Origin: Clostridia bacterium
GTDB taxonomy: Bacteria > Bacillota > Clostridia > RGIG6154
Assembly (NCBI GenBank): GCA_045589295.1
Contig: JAZNOU010000021.1
Location: 36,636-100,635 of the forward strand
Direction of reading: 5' to 3'
Length of the DNA: 64,000 nt
Under the pieces are notes generated by a model that ran no database searches, was not told where the DNA came from, and was given only the letters and a program-made list of their open reading frames with translations. A program made the position numbers and the translations under genes. The stretch's first letter is position 1; every line of letters starts with the position of its first letter. This document shows positions 31,299-41,586 of this stretch, in pieces.

Positions 31299-32132
31299 TT
31301 AATACTCATCCGGAAGTTCATCAAGTTCGTCACATCTGAACACCGGACCGTCTTTGCACACATACTTGGCACCAACATTACATCTTCCGCACTTACCTAC
31401 TCCGCACTTCATTCTAAGTTCGAGTGTGGTATAAATCTGCGTCTTGTCAAAGCCAAGTTCACAAAGTCCATCTAATGTAAACTTAATCATAATCGGTGGA
31501 CCGCAAAGAACCGCTGTTTTGTTTGTATCAAAGCCAAGTTCTTTTACATAACTTGGAACAAATCCCACATGACCATCCCATCCTTCCTGAGGATTGTCAA
31601 TTGTAAGATGAACCTTTACGCCGACATCATTTGACCATTCTTCAATGATTTCTTTATAATCAAGCAAGTCGTCCTTACTTCTTGAACCGTAAACAATATC
31701 AATTTCACCATAGCGATCACGATAATGTCTGCAATAATTGATAACTGAGCGAAGTGGTGCAAGACCAACACCACCGGCAATAAACAAAAGGTTTTTTCCA
31801 GCAAACACATCATCAACAGGAAATGGCTTGCCGTATGGTCCTCTGATTGTTATCTGCTGACCAACCTCTGCCTGATGCAACCAATCGGTTACACAACCGC
31901 ATTTTTTAATGGAAAATTCCATATACTCCTCGTTAGTAGGAGAAGATGTTATAGAAAACATTGCTTCACCAACTCCCGGAACAGAAAGCATTGCACACTG
32001 TCCAGGACGATGGTCAAATGCTTTTTTTCCATCAGTTGTTACAACTCTGAATGTTTTTATATCAGGTGTATCGATACGTACATCAGTTATAACACCGATT
32101 TTGGGGATTAAAGTTTCTTCTCTGTTATTCAC
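31299..32132 (-). CDS. FAD/NAD(P)-binding oxidoreductase (FlxA/AsrB-like)
   Basis: PGQ, FSITS, RGPYG, AGGVGLAP, CGPPIM, MKCGVGKCGRC...VCKDGPVF. Confidence 0.88.
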   Translation of the reverse strand: MNNREETLIPKIGVITDVRIDTPDIKTFRVVTTDGKKAFDHRPGQCAMLSVPGVGEAMFSITSSPTNEEYMEFSIKKCGCVTDWLHQAEVGQQITIRGPYGKPFPVDDVFAGKNLLFIAGGVGLAPLRSVINYCRHYRDRYGEIDIVYGSRSKDDLLDYKEIIEEWSNDVGVKVHLTIDNPQEGWDGHVGFVPSYVKELGFDTNKTAVLCGPPIMIKFTLDGLCELGFDKTQIYTTLELRMKCGVGKCGRCNVGAKYVCKDGPVFRCDELDELPDEY

Positions 32133-33153
32133 TTATCATCCCTCCAATCTTTTTCATTACTTTAACAATATTCATAGAAATAGGACATTTTGCAAGACAC
32201 CTTCCACAACCTACACAACTGAACAATCCATCATTGTTTTCAGGATAGTAAACAAGCTTGTGCATAAATCTCTGACGGAAGCGTTCTTTTTGAGTAAGTC
32301 TGTTATTTCCGTGCGCCATTTTTGTAAAATCAGAATACATACAAGAATCCCAGCATCTGTATCTTATAACACCATTACCTGTATTAAAGTCTTTGATATC
32401 GTAGCACTGACAGGTCGGACATACAAAAGTACACGTTCCGCAACCTAAACAACTTCCTGAAAGTTCATCCCATGCAGGGTTATTAAAGAATTCATCAGTA
32501 TTTCCGCCGCCGAAAGCATCTGTTGTAAGATCTTTAAGCGGGAGCTTATCCATAATTTTAGAAATCTTTTCTTTCTGTTCATTTACCTTTGTTTCGTCAC
32601 ATTCTTCTGTAAATTTCGCAATTTTTTCTAAAAGTGCTTCACCTTTTGGTGTGTTTGCCTTAAAGAAAATTTCGCTTTCTGTCTTCCATGTTGAAACGTC
32701 ACCCCCAGGCTCTTCAGGAGAAATACCAAAAGTCTTACAGAAACAAGTTTCTGCAGGTTTAGCGCATGCAGTTGACACGAGGATGCCTTTTTCGCGTCTT
32801 GATGCATAGTAGCTGTCAACAGGCTCGGAAAGGAATACTCTGTCTAATATTTCAAAGCTTTTTACATCGCAAGCACGAACACCGAAGATAACAAAATCTT
32901 CTGTTTCGCATCTTGTATCAATAACTTCAATGTTTTTACCCTCTGTTTTAAATTCCATAAGGTTTTCCATCTGAGGAAAGAAGAAATCTTTAGGACTTCT
33001 TACAGTGTTTAAAGCATTGCTCCATAAGCTACCGTTTTCCCACTGCTTATAAACAGCACTTCCATCCTTATCATCAACCGGAAGATAAAGTTTTGCAGTT
33101 TTGGCGATTTCTTCAAGAACAGAATTTATTTTATCAAGAGAACATTTAAGCAT
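32125..33153 (-). CDS. 4Fe-4S protein (FlxB/AsrA-like)
   Basis: SPKDFFFP, FGVRACD, CFC, CLGCGTCTFVCPTCQC, R.WDSC, RFRQRFMHK, CVGCGRC...CP; ATG 33153. Confidence 0.85.
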   Translation of the reverse strand: MLKCSLDKINSVLEEIAKTAKLYLPVDDKDGSAVYKQWENGSLWSNALNTVRSPKDFFFPQMENLMEFKTEGKNIEVIDTRCETEDFVIFGVRACDVKSFEILDRVFLSEPVDSYYASRREKGILVSTACAKPAETCFCKTFGISPEEPGGDVSTWKTESEIFFKANTPKGEALLEKIAKFTEECDETKVNEQKEKISKIMDKLPLKDLTTDAFGGGNTDEFFNNPAWDELSGSCLGCGTCTFVCPTCQCYDIKDFNTGNGVIRYRCWDSCMYSDFTKMAHGNNRLTQKERFRQRFMHKLVYYPENNDGLFSCVGCGRCLAKCPISMNIVKVMKKIGGMISE

Positions 33154-34144
33154 CAGTATCCCTCCTGTCAAACACTTCACCCGGTTCTAAATCATCGGTA
33201 GTGTAATCTACAAGCGGAGCACGGGATCCAACCTCTGCCCCTGCCTGATATTCTCCGTAGAATTCATTTATATCTTTAATAAACTTACGATTTAAGAGAT
33301 GAAGCGGAATATTCTGAGGACAAACTCTTGAACATTCTCCGCAGTCAGTACATCTTCCTGCTACGTGATATGCTCTTATAATGTGGAACATTTTTTCTTC
33401 AAAGCTGTTAGCAGGTGCTTTGTTTTCAACGCCTGAGTTTGGATTGTCAAACACACATTTTTCACAAGTACATGCAGGACAAGCATCACGGCACGCATTA
33501 CAGCGGATACAACGTGAAAGTTCATTCTGCCAGAATGCAAATCTTTCATCTGGAGTCATAGCCTCTAATTTTTCAACTTCGTCAAATCTTGCTGAAGCAA
33601 TTACTTCGCCTTCTTCGCCTAAAAGTTCATCATAAGCTACGTGCTTTTTACTCTTACAGTTTACGCAACGTTCCAAAAGAACATCTTTAAAAGCAACTGC
33701 AATCGGTTTGTCTTTGTAAATTGTTGTAACTAAAAGGTTTTCGCCGTCATCTTTGATTTCGCTGATACCTTCGCCTGTTACGGCTTTTAATTTTGCAATA
33801 TCAACCATACCCTCGCAAGGAATGCCTACAACGTAAACTTTTTCACGGTCAAAACGATGTTCAGTTAAAAGCTGATTAAAGCTGTAAGTATCACAAGGTT
33901 TTAAGAAAACAAGGATTTTTCCTTCAAATCTGTCTGTTTTTGAAACAAGATATTTTGAGAAATTTATTCCACAAAAATCGTTCCAAACAAAATTATTTGT
34001 TAGGTCTTCTTCAGTCACAAACATTTTTGGAGTTAAATCGTAACCGAATTCACCCTTGCTCCATCCAAGAACTGCAGTAACAGTACCACTTTTGAGCAGA
34101 GAAACTGCTTTGTCTATTAATTGATTTTGTTTTATCTTTTGCAT
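33146..34144 (-). CDS. 4Fe-4S dicluster protein (FlxC-like)
   Basis: KPCD, RC..C, CIRCNACRDACPAC.C..C, H.AGRCTDCGECSRVCP. Confidence 0.82.
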   Translation of the reverse strand: MQKIKQNQLIDKAVSLLKSGTVTAVLGWSKGEFGYDLTPKMFVTEEDLTNNFVWNDFCGINFSKYLVSKTDRFEGKILVFLKPCDTYSFNQLLTEHRFDREKVYVVGIPCEGMVDIAKLKAVTGEGISEIKDDGENLLVTTIYKDKPIAVAFKDVLLERCVNCKSKKHVAYDELLGEEGEVIASARFDEVEKLEAMTPDERFAFWQNELSRCIRCNACRDACPACTCEKCVFDNPNSGVENKAPANSFEEKMFHIIRAYHVAGRCTDCGECSRVCPQNIPLHLLNRKFIKDINEFYGEYQAGAEVGSRAPLVDYTTDDLEPGEVFDRRDTDA

Positions 34145-34566
34145 CGCAGATCCTCCAATCTCTTGTTTTCGCCAAGGGCAGTCACTTTTTCAACAAAGTC
34201 ATTCATTGTTGCGGCAAATTTTGCACCTTCTGCTGCAGAAACCCATTCTACACGGGTACGCTCTTTTTCTATTCCTAAATAATCAAGCATAGAGAAAAGC
34301 GCAGCCATTCTTCTTCTAGTGTAGTAGTTACCTGATGTATAGTGACAATCACCAGGATGACAACCACATATAATTACTCCATCTGCGCCTCGTTGGAATG
34401 CACGAAGAACAAACATTGGATTAACACGACAAGAGCAAGGAACTCTTATAATTTTAACATCTGCCGGATAGTTAAGACGATTGTTTCCTGCAAGGTCTGC
34501 CCCTGCATAAGAACACCAGTTGCAACAAAAAGCAACAATTAAAGGTTTATGTTCATTTACTTGCAT
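34132..34566 (-). CDS. mvhD: MvhD/FlxD-type [2Fe-2S] subunit
   Basis: FCCNWCSYAGAD.AG, RVPCS.RV, GADGV...GCHPGDCHY..GN, WVSAAEG. Confidence 0.92.
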   Translation of the reverse strand: MQVNEHKPLIVAFCCNWCSYAGADLAGNNRLNYPADVKIIRVPCSCRVNPMFVLRAFQRGADGVIICGCHPGDCHYTSGNYYTRRRMAALFSMLDYLGIEKERTRVEWVSAAEGAKFAATMNDFVEKVTALGENKRLEDLRCKR

Positions 34567-36551
34567 ATTGCGTCCACCTCCGCCATAATCTGATTACTTG
34601 CAAATCCTTTTAAGTCCATAGCACCCGAAGGACATGCAACTGTACAAGCGCCGCAACCCTGACAAACTGCAGGATTAACAACTGCAACTCTTCTTACCTT
34701 CGTAGTTCTGTCAGGCATACGGAATTCTTTATCTTCATAAGTAATAGCTCCATATGGACAAACTCTTTCACAGGAAGAACATCCATTACACATAAGTTCA
34801 TTTGAATGTGCAACACAGGGATTTCCTGTTAATTTATCCTTTGCTAAAAGTCCTATAACTTTAGATGCCGCAGCACCAGCCTGAGAAACTGTTTCAGGAA
34901 TATCTTTTGGCCCCTGACAAGCACCTGAAAGGAACACACCCGCAGTTGGACTTTCTACCGGTCTTAATTTTGGATGAGCTTCTGTAAAGAAGTCATTTGT
35001 GTCCATACTTGCTGTAAGCATAGTTGCAAGCGGCCTTGCAGATTTATCAGGTTCGATAGCTGCTGCTAAAACTACTAAATCTGCGTCAATATGAAGCTGT
35101 TTGTTATCGATAAGGTCTGATGCCTGAACTTTAAGTTTATCACCCTCAGGAGTAACCTTTCCAACCATACCTTTAACATATTTAACTCCATATTCCTCAA
35201 CTGCTCTGCGATAGAATTCATCAAAGTTTTTACCAGGAGTTCTTACATCTATATAGAATACATAAACTTCGGTATCAGGATACTTATCTCTTACAAGCAT
35301 AGCATGTTTTGCTGTGTACATACAACAAATCTTTGAGCAATACTCTTTACCTTTTTCAGCGCAAGAATCACATCTTGAACCCACGCACTGAACAAAAACA
35401 ATAGTTTTTGGTGATTTACCATCAGATGGACGCTCCAAGTGACCCGCAGTAGGACCTGCCGCATTTGTAAGACGCTCAAATTCTAAAGATGTGATAACGT
35501 CTTTGGACTGATTGTAGGCGAACTCATCAAATTTATCCATGCTGATTGGATTAAATCCTGTTGCAACAACAATTGCTCCATATTTTTCATTGATATATTC
35601 ATCTTTTTGTGTATAATCAATAGCTCCTGCTGCACAAACTCTCGCACAAAGACCACATTTGCCGTTCTTAAGCATATTACATGCGTTAGGGTCAATTGTA
35701 GCTACCTTTGGAACTGCCTGTGCAAACGGAATATATATTGCACTCCTGTTATCCATTCCAAGATTAAATTCATTAGGAACTTTCTTCATTGGACACTTTT
35801 CTACACAAGCACCACAACCGGTACAGATATCTTCTTTTACATATCGTGCATTTTTCTTAATAGTTACATCAAAATTACCCACAAAACCTTTGATTTCTGA
35901 CACTTCACTGTATGAGAAAATGCGAATATTTTCATTCTGAGCTACATCAACCATTTTCGGTGTTAAAATACAAGCAGCACAGTCAAGTGTTGGAAAGGTT
36001 TTATCAAGCTGAGCCATTTTACCTCCAATTGTAGGCTTTGTTTCAACGATATCAACGGGGAAACCTGCATCAGCAATATCAAGAGCTGTCTGAATACCCG
36101 CAATACCACCACCAATAACAAGTGCCCTTTTGGTAACAGGTGATTCACCAGGTGTAAGCGGTGCATTAAGATTAACCTTAGCAACAGCCGCTTTTCCAAG
36201 AATTATAGCTTTCTCTGTTCCTGTCTGAATGTCCTTATGAACCCATGAACACTGTTCTCTTATATTAGCAATTTCAACCATATAAGGATTTAAACCTGCG
36301 GCTGCCGCAGTTTTTCTAAATGTAGCCTCGTGCATACGCGGTGAACAGGAACAAACAACAATACCTGTAAGATTATGCTCTTTTACCGCATCAATGATCA
36401 TATTCTGACCAGCCTGAGAGCACATATATTGATAATTGGTGGAAAAGACTACACCCGGTTCATTTTTCAAGGCCTCTGATACTGCCTCTACATCAACTGT
36501 ACCTGCAATATTACTGCCACACCAACATACAAAAACACCAACTCGTTGCAT
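34557..36551 (-). CDS. hdrA: Heterodisulfide reductase subunit A (flavin-based bifurcating subunit)
   Basis: GVFVC.CG.NI, CSPRMHE.TF, NIREQCSWVH, GGGIAG, KTFPTLDCAACIL, LEFER, CVGSR...CSKICCMYTAK, GPKDIP, C-terminal ferredoxin motifs. Confidence 0.96.
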   Translation of the reverse strand: MQRVGVFVCWCGSNIAGTVDVEAVSEALKNEPGVVFSTNYQYMCSQAGQNMIIDAVKEHNLTGIVVCSCSPRMHEATFRKTAAAAGLNPYMVEIANIREQCSWVHKDIQTGTEKAIILGKAAVAKVNLNAPLTPGESPVTKRALVIGGGIAGIQTALDIADAGFPVDIVETKPTIGGKMAQLDKTFPTLDCAACILTPKMVDVAQNENIRIFSYSEVSEIKGFVGNFDVTIKKNARYVKEDICTGCGACVEKCPMKKVPNEFNLGMDNRSAIYIPFAQAVPKVATIDPNACNMLKNGKCGLCARVCAAGAIDYTQKDEYINEKYGAIVVATGFNPISMDKFDEFAYNQSKDVITSLEFERLTNAAGPTAGHLERPSDGKSPKTIVFVQCVGSRCDSCAEKGKEYCSKICCMYTAKHAMLVRDKYPDTEVYVFYIDVRTPGKNFDEFYRRAVEEYGVKYVKGMVGKVTPEGDKLKVQASDLIDNKQLHIDADLVVLAAAIEPDKSARPLATMLTASMDTNDFFTEAHPKLRPVESPTAGVFLSGACQGPKDIPETVSQAGAAASKVIGLLAKDKLTGNPCVAHSNELMCNGCSSCERVCPYGAITYEDKEFRMPDRTTKVRRVAVVNPAVCQGCGACTVACPSGAMDLKGFASNQIMAEVDAICK

Positions 36552-36566
36552 TTGTCTTTCCCCTCC

Positions 36567-36953
36567 TTATTTAGTGTATTTTCTGAATGCACTTACCAAA
36601 AGTTGCTGTGGAATTTCTTCATCTAAGAAATTCGGCACATCATTGGCAGTCATTCTGTTATTACCTTGCTTTCTGATTGCAGCAAGTCTAACGGCTTCAA
36701 CCATTTTTGCAGGTTCAACGCCTCTTGGGCATCTGTCAATACAAGCAAAACAAGATAAACATCTGTATAATGATTCTGATTCTAAAAGCGGTTTGATATC
36801 GCCTGATTCTACCATGCTTACAAACTGATGCGGATGGTATTCCATTTCATCATAAGCAGGACATGTTGCAGAGCATTTTCCGCATTTCATACATTTTTTA
36901 GGATTAACTCCGCTTGTACGGATTATATCCTGACGAAGATACTTATTTTCCAT
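36567..36953 (-). CDS. hdrC: Heterodisulfide reductase subunit C
   Basis: CMKCGKCSATCP and CLSCFACIDRCPRG; between hdrB and hdrA. Confidence 0.88.
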   Translation of the reverse strand: MENKYLRQDIIRTSGVNPKKCMKCGKCSATCPAYDEMEYHPHQFVSMVESGDIKPLLESESLYRCLSCFACIDRCPRGVEPAKMVEAVRLAAIRKQGNNRMTANDVPNFLDEEIPQQLLVSAFRKYTK

Positions 36954-37737
36954 TTGTATCCTCCTTTACTCCAAGTGATTCAGCCAAAAGTTCTGTAAAG
37001 TACACAACAGGAATATCAGCACCATTTTTAACAAGATTGTATTTGCAAAGTGGGCATGCGGTAATAATCATTTCAGCACCTTGAGCCTTTGCATTTTCAA
37101 TAACTGCGTTACTGCTTTTTTTAGCAAGTTCAGGACTTTCAACGCTTACATATCCACCACAACATTCGTTGCGTTTTGCATAAATCACAGGATCTGCACC
37201 CAAAGCTTTGATGAAGTCTTCCATAATGCTTGGGTTTTCGGGATCGTCCATTTTCATAACTGAGTTTGGTCTTAATAAAAGACAACCATAGTAAGCGGCA
37301 ATCTTTTTGCCTTTAAGCGGATTTACAACTTTTTCTTTCAAAGTGTCAAATCCAACAAGATCACGAAGCATTTCTAAATAATGATAAACTTCCGCTTCGC
37401 CGAGATAGTCAGTTTCTTCTGCCATATAACGGTTTACTTTGTCAGAAAATTCCTTATTATTCTGCATTGCATGATTTGTTTGTTTTATAACATTGTGACA
37501 AGCTGAGCAAACTGTAACTAACGGCTGTTCTTTAGAATATGCTTCTTTCAAAGCACGAACAGAAGAAAGCTTTGTTGCAACTTCTGATGCAGACATAGTA
37601 AATACGCCGCCACAGCATTGCCAGTTTTCAATTTCTTCGAGCGTAACCCCTAAAGCGTCAGCTGATTTATAAGCATACATATCAAGATCTTTTGCTTTGT
37701 TTTTTAAGGTACAACCCGGAAAATAACTAACTTTCAT
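36943..37737 (-). CDS. hdrB: Heterodisulfide reductase subunit B
   Basis: Two CCG domains: YFPGC..WQCCG..CSAC and YYGC..ECCG..ACPLC. Confidence 0.92.
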   Translation of the reverse strand: MKVSYFPGCTLKNKAKDLDMYAYKSADALGVTLEEIENWQCCGGVFTMSASEVATKLSSVRALKEAYSKEQPLVTVCSACHNVIKQTNHAMQNNKEFSDKVNRYMAEETDYLGEAEVYHYLEMLRDLVGFDTLKEKVVNPLKGKKIAAYYGCLLLRPNSVMKMDDPENPSIMEDFIKALGADPVIYAKRNECCGGYVSVESPELAKKSSNAVIENAKAQGAEMIITACPLCKYNLVKNGADIPVVYFTELLAESLGVKEDTNGK

Positions 37738-37767
37738 TTTTTACCTCCAGATTAAGTTACTTAAGAA

Positions 37768-39144
37768 TTAAACCATTGCTTCCGGATGGAATACTTCGTC
37801 AAATTTTTCAGCAGTTAGGAAACCGAGTTCAACACAAGCTTCCTTAAGTGAAATATTATCTTTAAATGCTTTTTTAGCAGTTTTTGCAGCATTTTCATAT
37901 CCGATATATGGATTAAGAGCAGTAACAAGCATCAAAGAATTGTGAAGATTGTGATGCATCTTTTCTTTGTTAGCTTTGATACCAACTGCACAGTTTTTGT
38001 TGAATGAAAGAATCGCTTCAGCCATAAGTCTTGCAGACTGAAGGAAGTTGTATGCACATACAGGCATAAATACGTTAAGTTCGAAGTTACCCTGTGATGC
38101 AGCCATACCAACTGCAACATCGTTACCCATTACCTGAACTGCAACCATTGTTACAGCTTCGCACTGTGTTGGGTTAACTTTACCTGGCATAATTGATGAA
38201 CCTGGTTCATTTTCAGGAATGAAGATTTCGCCAAGACCATCTCTTGGACCTGATGCGAGCCAACGAACGTCGTTTGCGATTTTCATCATATCAGCAGCTA
38301 AAGCTTTAATTGCACCGTGAGCGAATACAAATTCATCTTTAGATGTTAAAGCGTGGAATTTGTTTGTAGCAGTAACGAAAGGTTTACCTGTGAGTTTGCC
38401 AACTTCATTAGCTACTGTTTCGCCGAATGCTTTAGGAGCATTAAGACCTGTTCCTACTGCAGTGCCGCCGAGAGCGAGTTCATAAAGAGGTTCAATTGAA
38501 CGTTTGATAAGTTCAATATCTTTTTCAAGGCTTGAACGCCATCCGCTGATTTCCTGGCTGAATGTGATAGGTGTTGCATCCTGAAGATGTGTTCTACCAC
38601 TTTTTACGATGCCTTCGTTTTCTGCTTCAAGTCTTTTGAATGTTTCGATAAGTGTTGAAACTGCAGGAATCAATTTATCTTCCAATGCAATTACAGCTGC
38701 AATGTGCATTGCTGTTGGGAATGTATCATTTGATGACTGGCTCATGTTAACATCATCGTTTGGATGAAGTATTTTAGTGCCTGCAATCTGATTACCTCTA
38801 TTTGCAATAACTTCGTTTGTGTTCATGTTTGACTGTGTGCCTGAACCTGTCTGCCACACAACCAGTGGGAAGTTGTCATTTAAAGTACCTGTAATAACTT
38901 CATCACAAGCAGCTTTGATAGCAGCAAGTTTTTCGTCTGTCATTTTTTCAGGACGAAGAGCATTGTTTGTAATAGCTGCTGCTTTTTTAAGTATACCAAA
39001 TGCGTGTATAATTTCTGCAGGCATTGTTTCGATGCCTACACCTATTTCAAAATTTTCATGACTTCTCTGTGTTTGGGCAGCCCAAAGTTTATCAGCAGGA
39101 ACTTTAACCTCACCCATTGAATCGTGTTCTATGCGATAATCCAT
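37768..39144 (-). CDS. fumC: Class II fumarate hydratase
   Basis: RIEHDSMGEV, QTGSGTQSNMN, SQSSNDTFPT, GRTHLQDATP, GSSIMPGKVNPTQCE. Confidence 0.97.
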   Translation of the reverse strand: MDYRIEHDSMGEVKVPADKLWAAQTQRSHENFEIGVGIETMPAEIIHAFGILKKAAAITNNALRPEKMTDEKLAAIKAACDEVITGTLNDNFPLVVWQTGSGTQSNMNTNEVIANRGNQIAGTKILHPNDDVNMSQSSNDTFPTAMHIAAVIALEDKLIPAVSTLIETFKRLEAENEGIVKSGRTHLQDATPITFSQEISGWRSSLEKDIELIKRSIEPLYELALGGTAVGTGLNAPKAFGETVANEVGKLTGKPFVTATNKFHALTSKDEFVFAHGAIKALAADMMKIANDVRWLASGPRDGLGEIFIPENEPGSSIMPGKVNPTQCEAVTMVAVQVMGNDVAVGMAASQGNFELNVFMPVCAYNFLQSARLMAEAILSFNKNCAVGIKANKEKMHHNLHNSLMLVTALNPYIGYENAAKTAKKAFKDNISLKEACVELGFLTAEKFDEVFHPEAMV

Positions 39145-39164
39145 TTTTCACATTCCTTTCTATA

Positions 39165-40106
39165 TTATATATCAAGACCTTTTATTAAATCTTTAAGAAC
39201 ATTTGCACTGTTATGAAGCGCTGCCATTTCAGCATCATTAAGCGGAAGAATAATTTTGCTATGAGCACCTTTATTACCTACGATATTTAAAAGACTTAAG
39301 CAAACATCATCAATGCCATATTCGCCATTTAAAAGTGTTGATACTGTAAGAGTTGTATCAATTCCGCTTAAAAGACACTGACACACATGACATACAGACA
39401 TAGACACTGCATAAAATGTTGCACCCTTACGTCTGATAACCCTTGCTCCTGAATTGCGCATATAGCTTTCAACTTCGTCTTTTTTCAATTCGGGGTAATT
39501 AGCTCCGGTCAAAGTTGCATTTTTGTAACTGTCAATTGGCACATTTGAAATATTTGCAATTGACCACGGAACAAACGAACTGTCTCCGTGTTCTCCAAGC
39601 ACATAAGCATGTACATTCTTCTGGTTTACAGAATAGTATTCTGAAACTCTTGAACGAAGTCTTGCTGTATCAAGTATAGTACCTGAACCAATAACACGCT
39701 CCTGTGGAAGTCCTGTGTGCTTTAAAAATACATATGTTAAAATATCAACAGGGTTACTTACGATAACATATGTAGAGTTAGGTGTAACAGGAACAATCTT
39801 ATCTGCAATACTCTTTATAATGTCAACATTTGTCTGTGCAAGGTCAAGTCTTGATTGTCCCGCCTTTCTTGCCATACCTGATGTAATGACAACAATATCA
39901 GACTCTTTAGCATCAGAATATGTTCCTGCATAAACAGTTGCCGGATTACAGAAAGGAACACCTTGTCTTATATCAAGTGCTTCTCCAAGCGATTTTTCCT
40001 CATTAACATCAATCATAACAATTTCTGATGCAAGTCCCATAATAGTAAGCGTGTATGCTATTGTCGAGCCTACATTTCCCGAACCGATTACTGTAATTTT
40101 GTTCAT
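39165..40106 (-). CDS. LDH-like 2-hydroxyacid dehydrogenase, probably malate dehydrogenase
   Basis: IGSGNVG, substrate loop TSGMARKAGQSRLDL with Arg at the Q102/R102 specificity position, SNPVD, LDTAR, GEHGD; immediately upstream of fumC. Confidence 0.8.
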   Translation of the reverse strand: MNKITVIGSGNVGSTIAYTLTIMGLASEIVMIDVNEEKSLGEALDIRQGVPFCNPATVYAGTYSDAKESDIVVITSGMARKAGQSRLDLAQTNVDIIKSIADKIVPVTPNSTYVIVSNPVDILTYVFLKHTGLPQERVIGSGTILDTARLRSRVSEYYSVNQKNVHAYVLGEHGDSSFVPWSIANISNVPIDSYKNATLTGANYPELKKDEVESYMRNSGARVIRRKGATFYAVSMSVCHVCQCLLSGIDTTLTVSTLLNGEYGIDDVCLSLLNIVGNKGAHSKIILPLNDAEMAALHNSANVLKDLIKGLDI

Positions 40107-40143
40107 AATTAAATCCTCACTTTTCAAAATGTTTTCTCTTAAT

Positions 40144-41574
40144 TTATTTATTGTACTTTAAAATGGATACTGCATCTGAAATTGTCTTTTCAAGTGCTTC
40201 TCTTCCATATTTATCAACCTCAGCTTTATTCTTTTCACCGTGAGTCAAGCAACCTGCACCTCCGATACAACCACCAACACAGGCCATACCTTCAATAAAG
40301 TTTGCATCCAAAACGTTTTTACTTTTTTTAAGAAGCGCCATTTTGCATGCTTCAATACCATCACACGGAATTGCTTTAAAGTCAAAATCAATATTTTGTT
40401 CTTTTAGTCCTTGCGCTACCGCATCAGAAACTCCTCCTGAGCGAGCAAATATTCTTCCAAAATAAGATGCGTTATCTAAAACATCTTCATCTAGTGTTGT
40501 AATATCAATATCTTTACTGTCATAAAGTGCCTGAAGCTCCTCGAATGTGAGAACTGCATCTACATAAGGTTTAACTCTCTCAAGCTGTGCTTCCGCCTTT
40601 TTAGCAGTACACGGACCGATAAACACAATCTTTGACTCAGGATCGGTACCTTTTATATACTTTGCAAGCGTAGCCATCGGTGACAAATTGTTTGAAATAT
40701 ACTGCACCAGTTCAGGAAATGCAGATTTCACATAAGCTACGAATGCGGGACAACAAGAACTTGTCAAAAACCCTTTTTCACTTAACTCTTTAGACTCTGC
40801 CTGGGCTACCATATCTGCACCAAGCGCGGCTTCAACAACAGTGTAAAAACCAAGTTCTTTTAAACCCTTGATTACCTGCCCTAACTTTGCATAAGAAAAC
40901 TGACTTGATATAGAAGGTGCAACCATTGCATAAACTTTATAGTTCTTATTTTCTTCGCTATTTTTTATAATTTCAATACTATCTAAAATATACGATTTAT
41001 CCATAATTGCACCAAACGGACACTGGTATACACAAGCACCGCAAGCATTACACTTACTGTTGTCAATGGCGGCAGCATTATCTTCATTTATAGAAATTGC
41101 CTTTATTTTACAAGCATTCTGGCAAGGGCGTTTACGATTTATAATAGCAGAATAGGGACAAACTTTTGCACATTGACCACACTCAACGCACTTTGATTTA
41201 TCGATATGAGCTACATGGTTAGAATCAAAAGTAATAGCTCCTTTTTTGCAGACATCTTCACACCTATGAGCAAGACAACCCCGACAGGATTCAGTTACAA
41301 CATATCCTGCAGACGGACAGCCATCACATGCAATATCAATGACTTCAATCACATTGGGATTTTCTTTGTCTCCTCCCATAACAACTTTAACTCTTTCCTG
41401 TAAAATTGCTCTTTCTTTATACACACAACAACGCATAGTAGAGTGTTTCCCGGGAGCAATTTTTTCAGGTATTTTCAATACATTTTCAAGAAGAGTATCT
41501 TTCCATGCATAGCGTGCAACTTCACGCAGCACCTTATATTTTAAATGCTGTACTTTTGTGTCAAACTTCCTCAT
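40144..41574 (-). CDS. Monomeric [FeFe]-hydrogenase with multiple 4Fe-4S clusters (group B / HfsD-like)
   Basis: H-cluster motifs TSSCCPA, FIGPCTAKKAE, EGMACVGGCIGGAG; N-terminal RCCVYKER and three ferredoxin motifs. Confidence 0.9.
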   Translation of the reverse strand: MRKFDTKVQHLKYKVLREVARYAWKDTLLENVLKIPEKIAPGKHSTMRCCVYKERAILQERVKVVMGGDKENPNVIEVIDIACDGCPSAGYVVTESCRGCLAHRCEDVCKKGAITFDSNHVAHIDKSKCVECGQCAKVCPYSAIINRKRPCQNACKIKAISINEDNAAAIDNSKCNACGACVYQCPFGAIMDKSYILDSIEIIKNSEENKNYKVYAMVAPSISSQFSYAKLGQVIKGLKELGFYTVVEAALGADMVAQAESKELSEKGFLTSSCCPAFVAYVKSAFPELVQYISNNLSPMATLAKYIKGTDPESKIVFIGPCTAKKAEAQLERVKPYVDAVLTFEELQALYDSKDIDITTLDEDVLDNASYFGRIFARSGGVSDAVAQGLKEQNIDFDFKAIPCDGIEACKMALLKKSKNVLDANFIEGMACVGGCIGGAGCLTHGEKNKAEVDKYGREALEKTISDAVSILKYNK

Positions 41575-41586
41575 GCTTCACGCTCC

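Noticed and set aside
34132-36551. Selenocysteine in HdrA or MvhD
   Set aside because: Both frames are open with Cys at the relevant motifs and no in-frame TGA.
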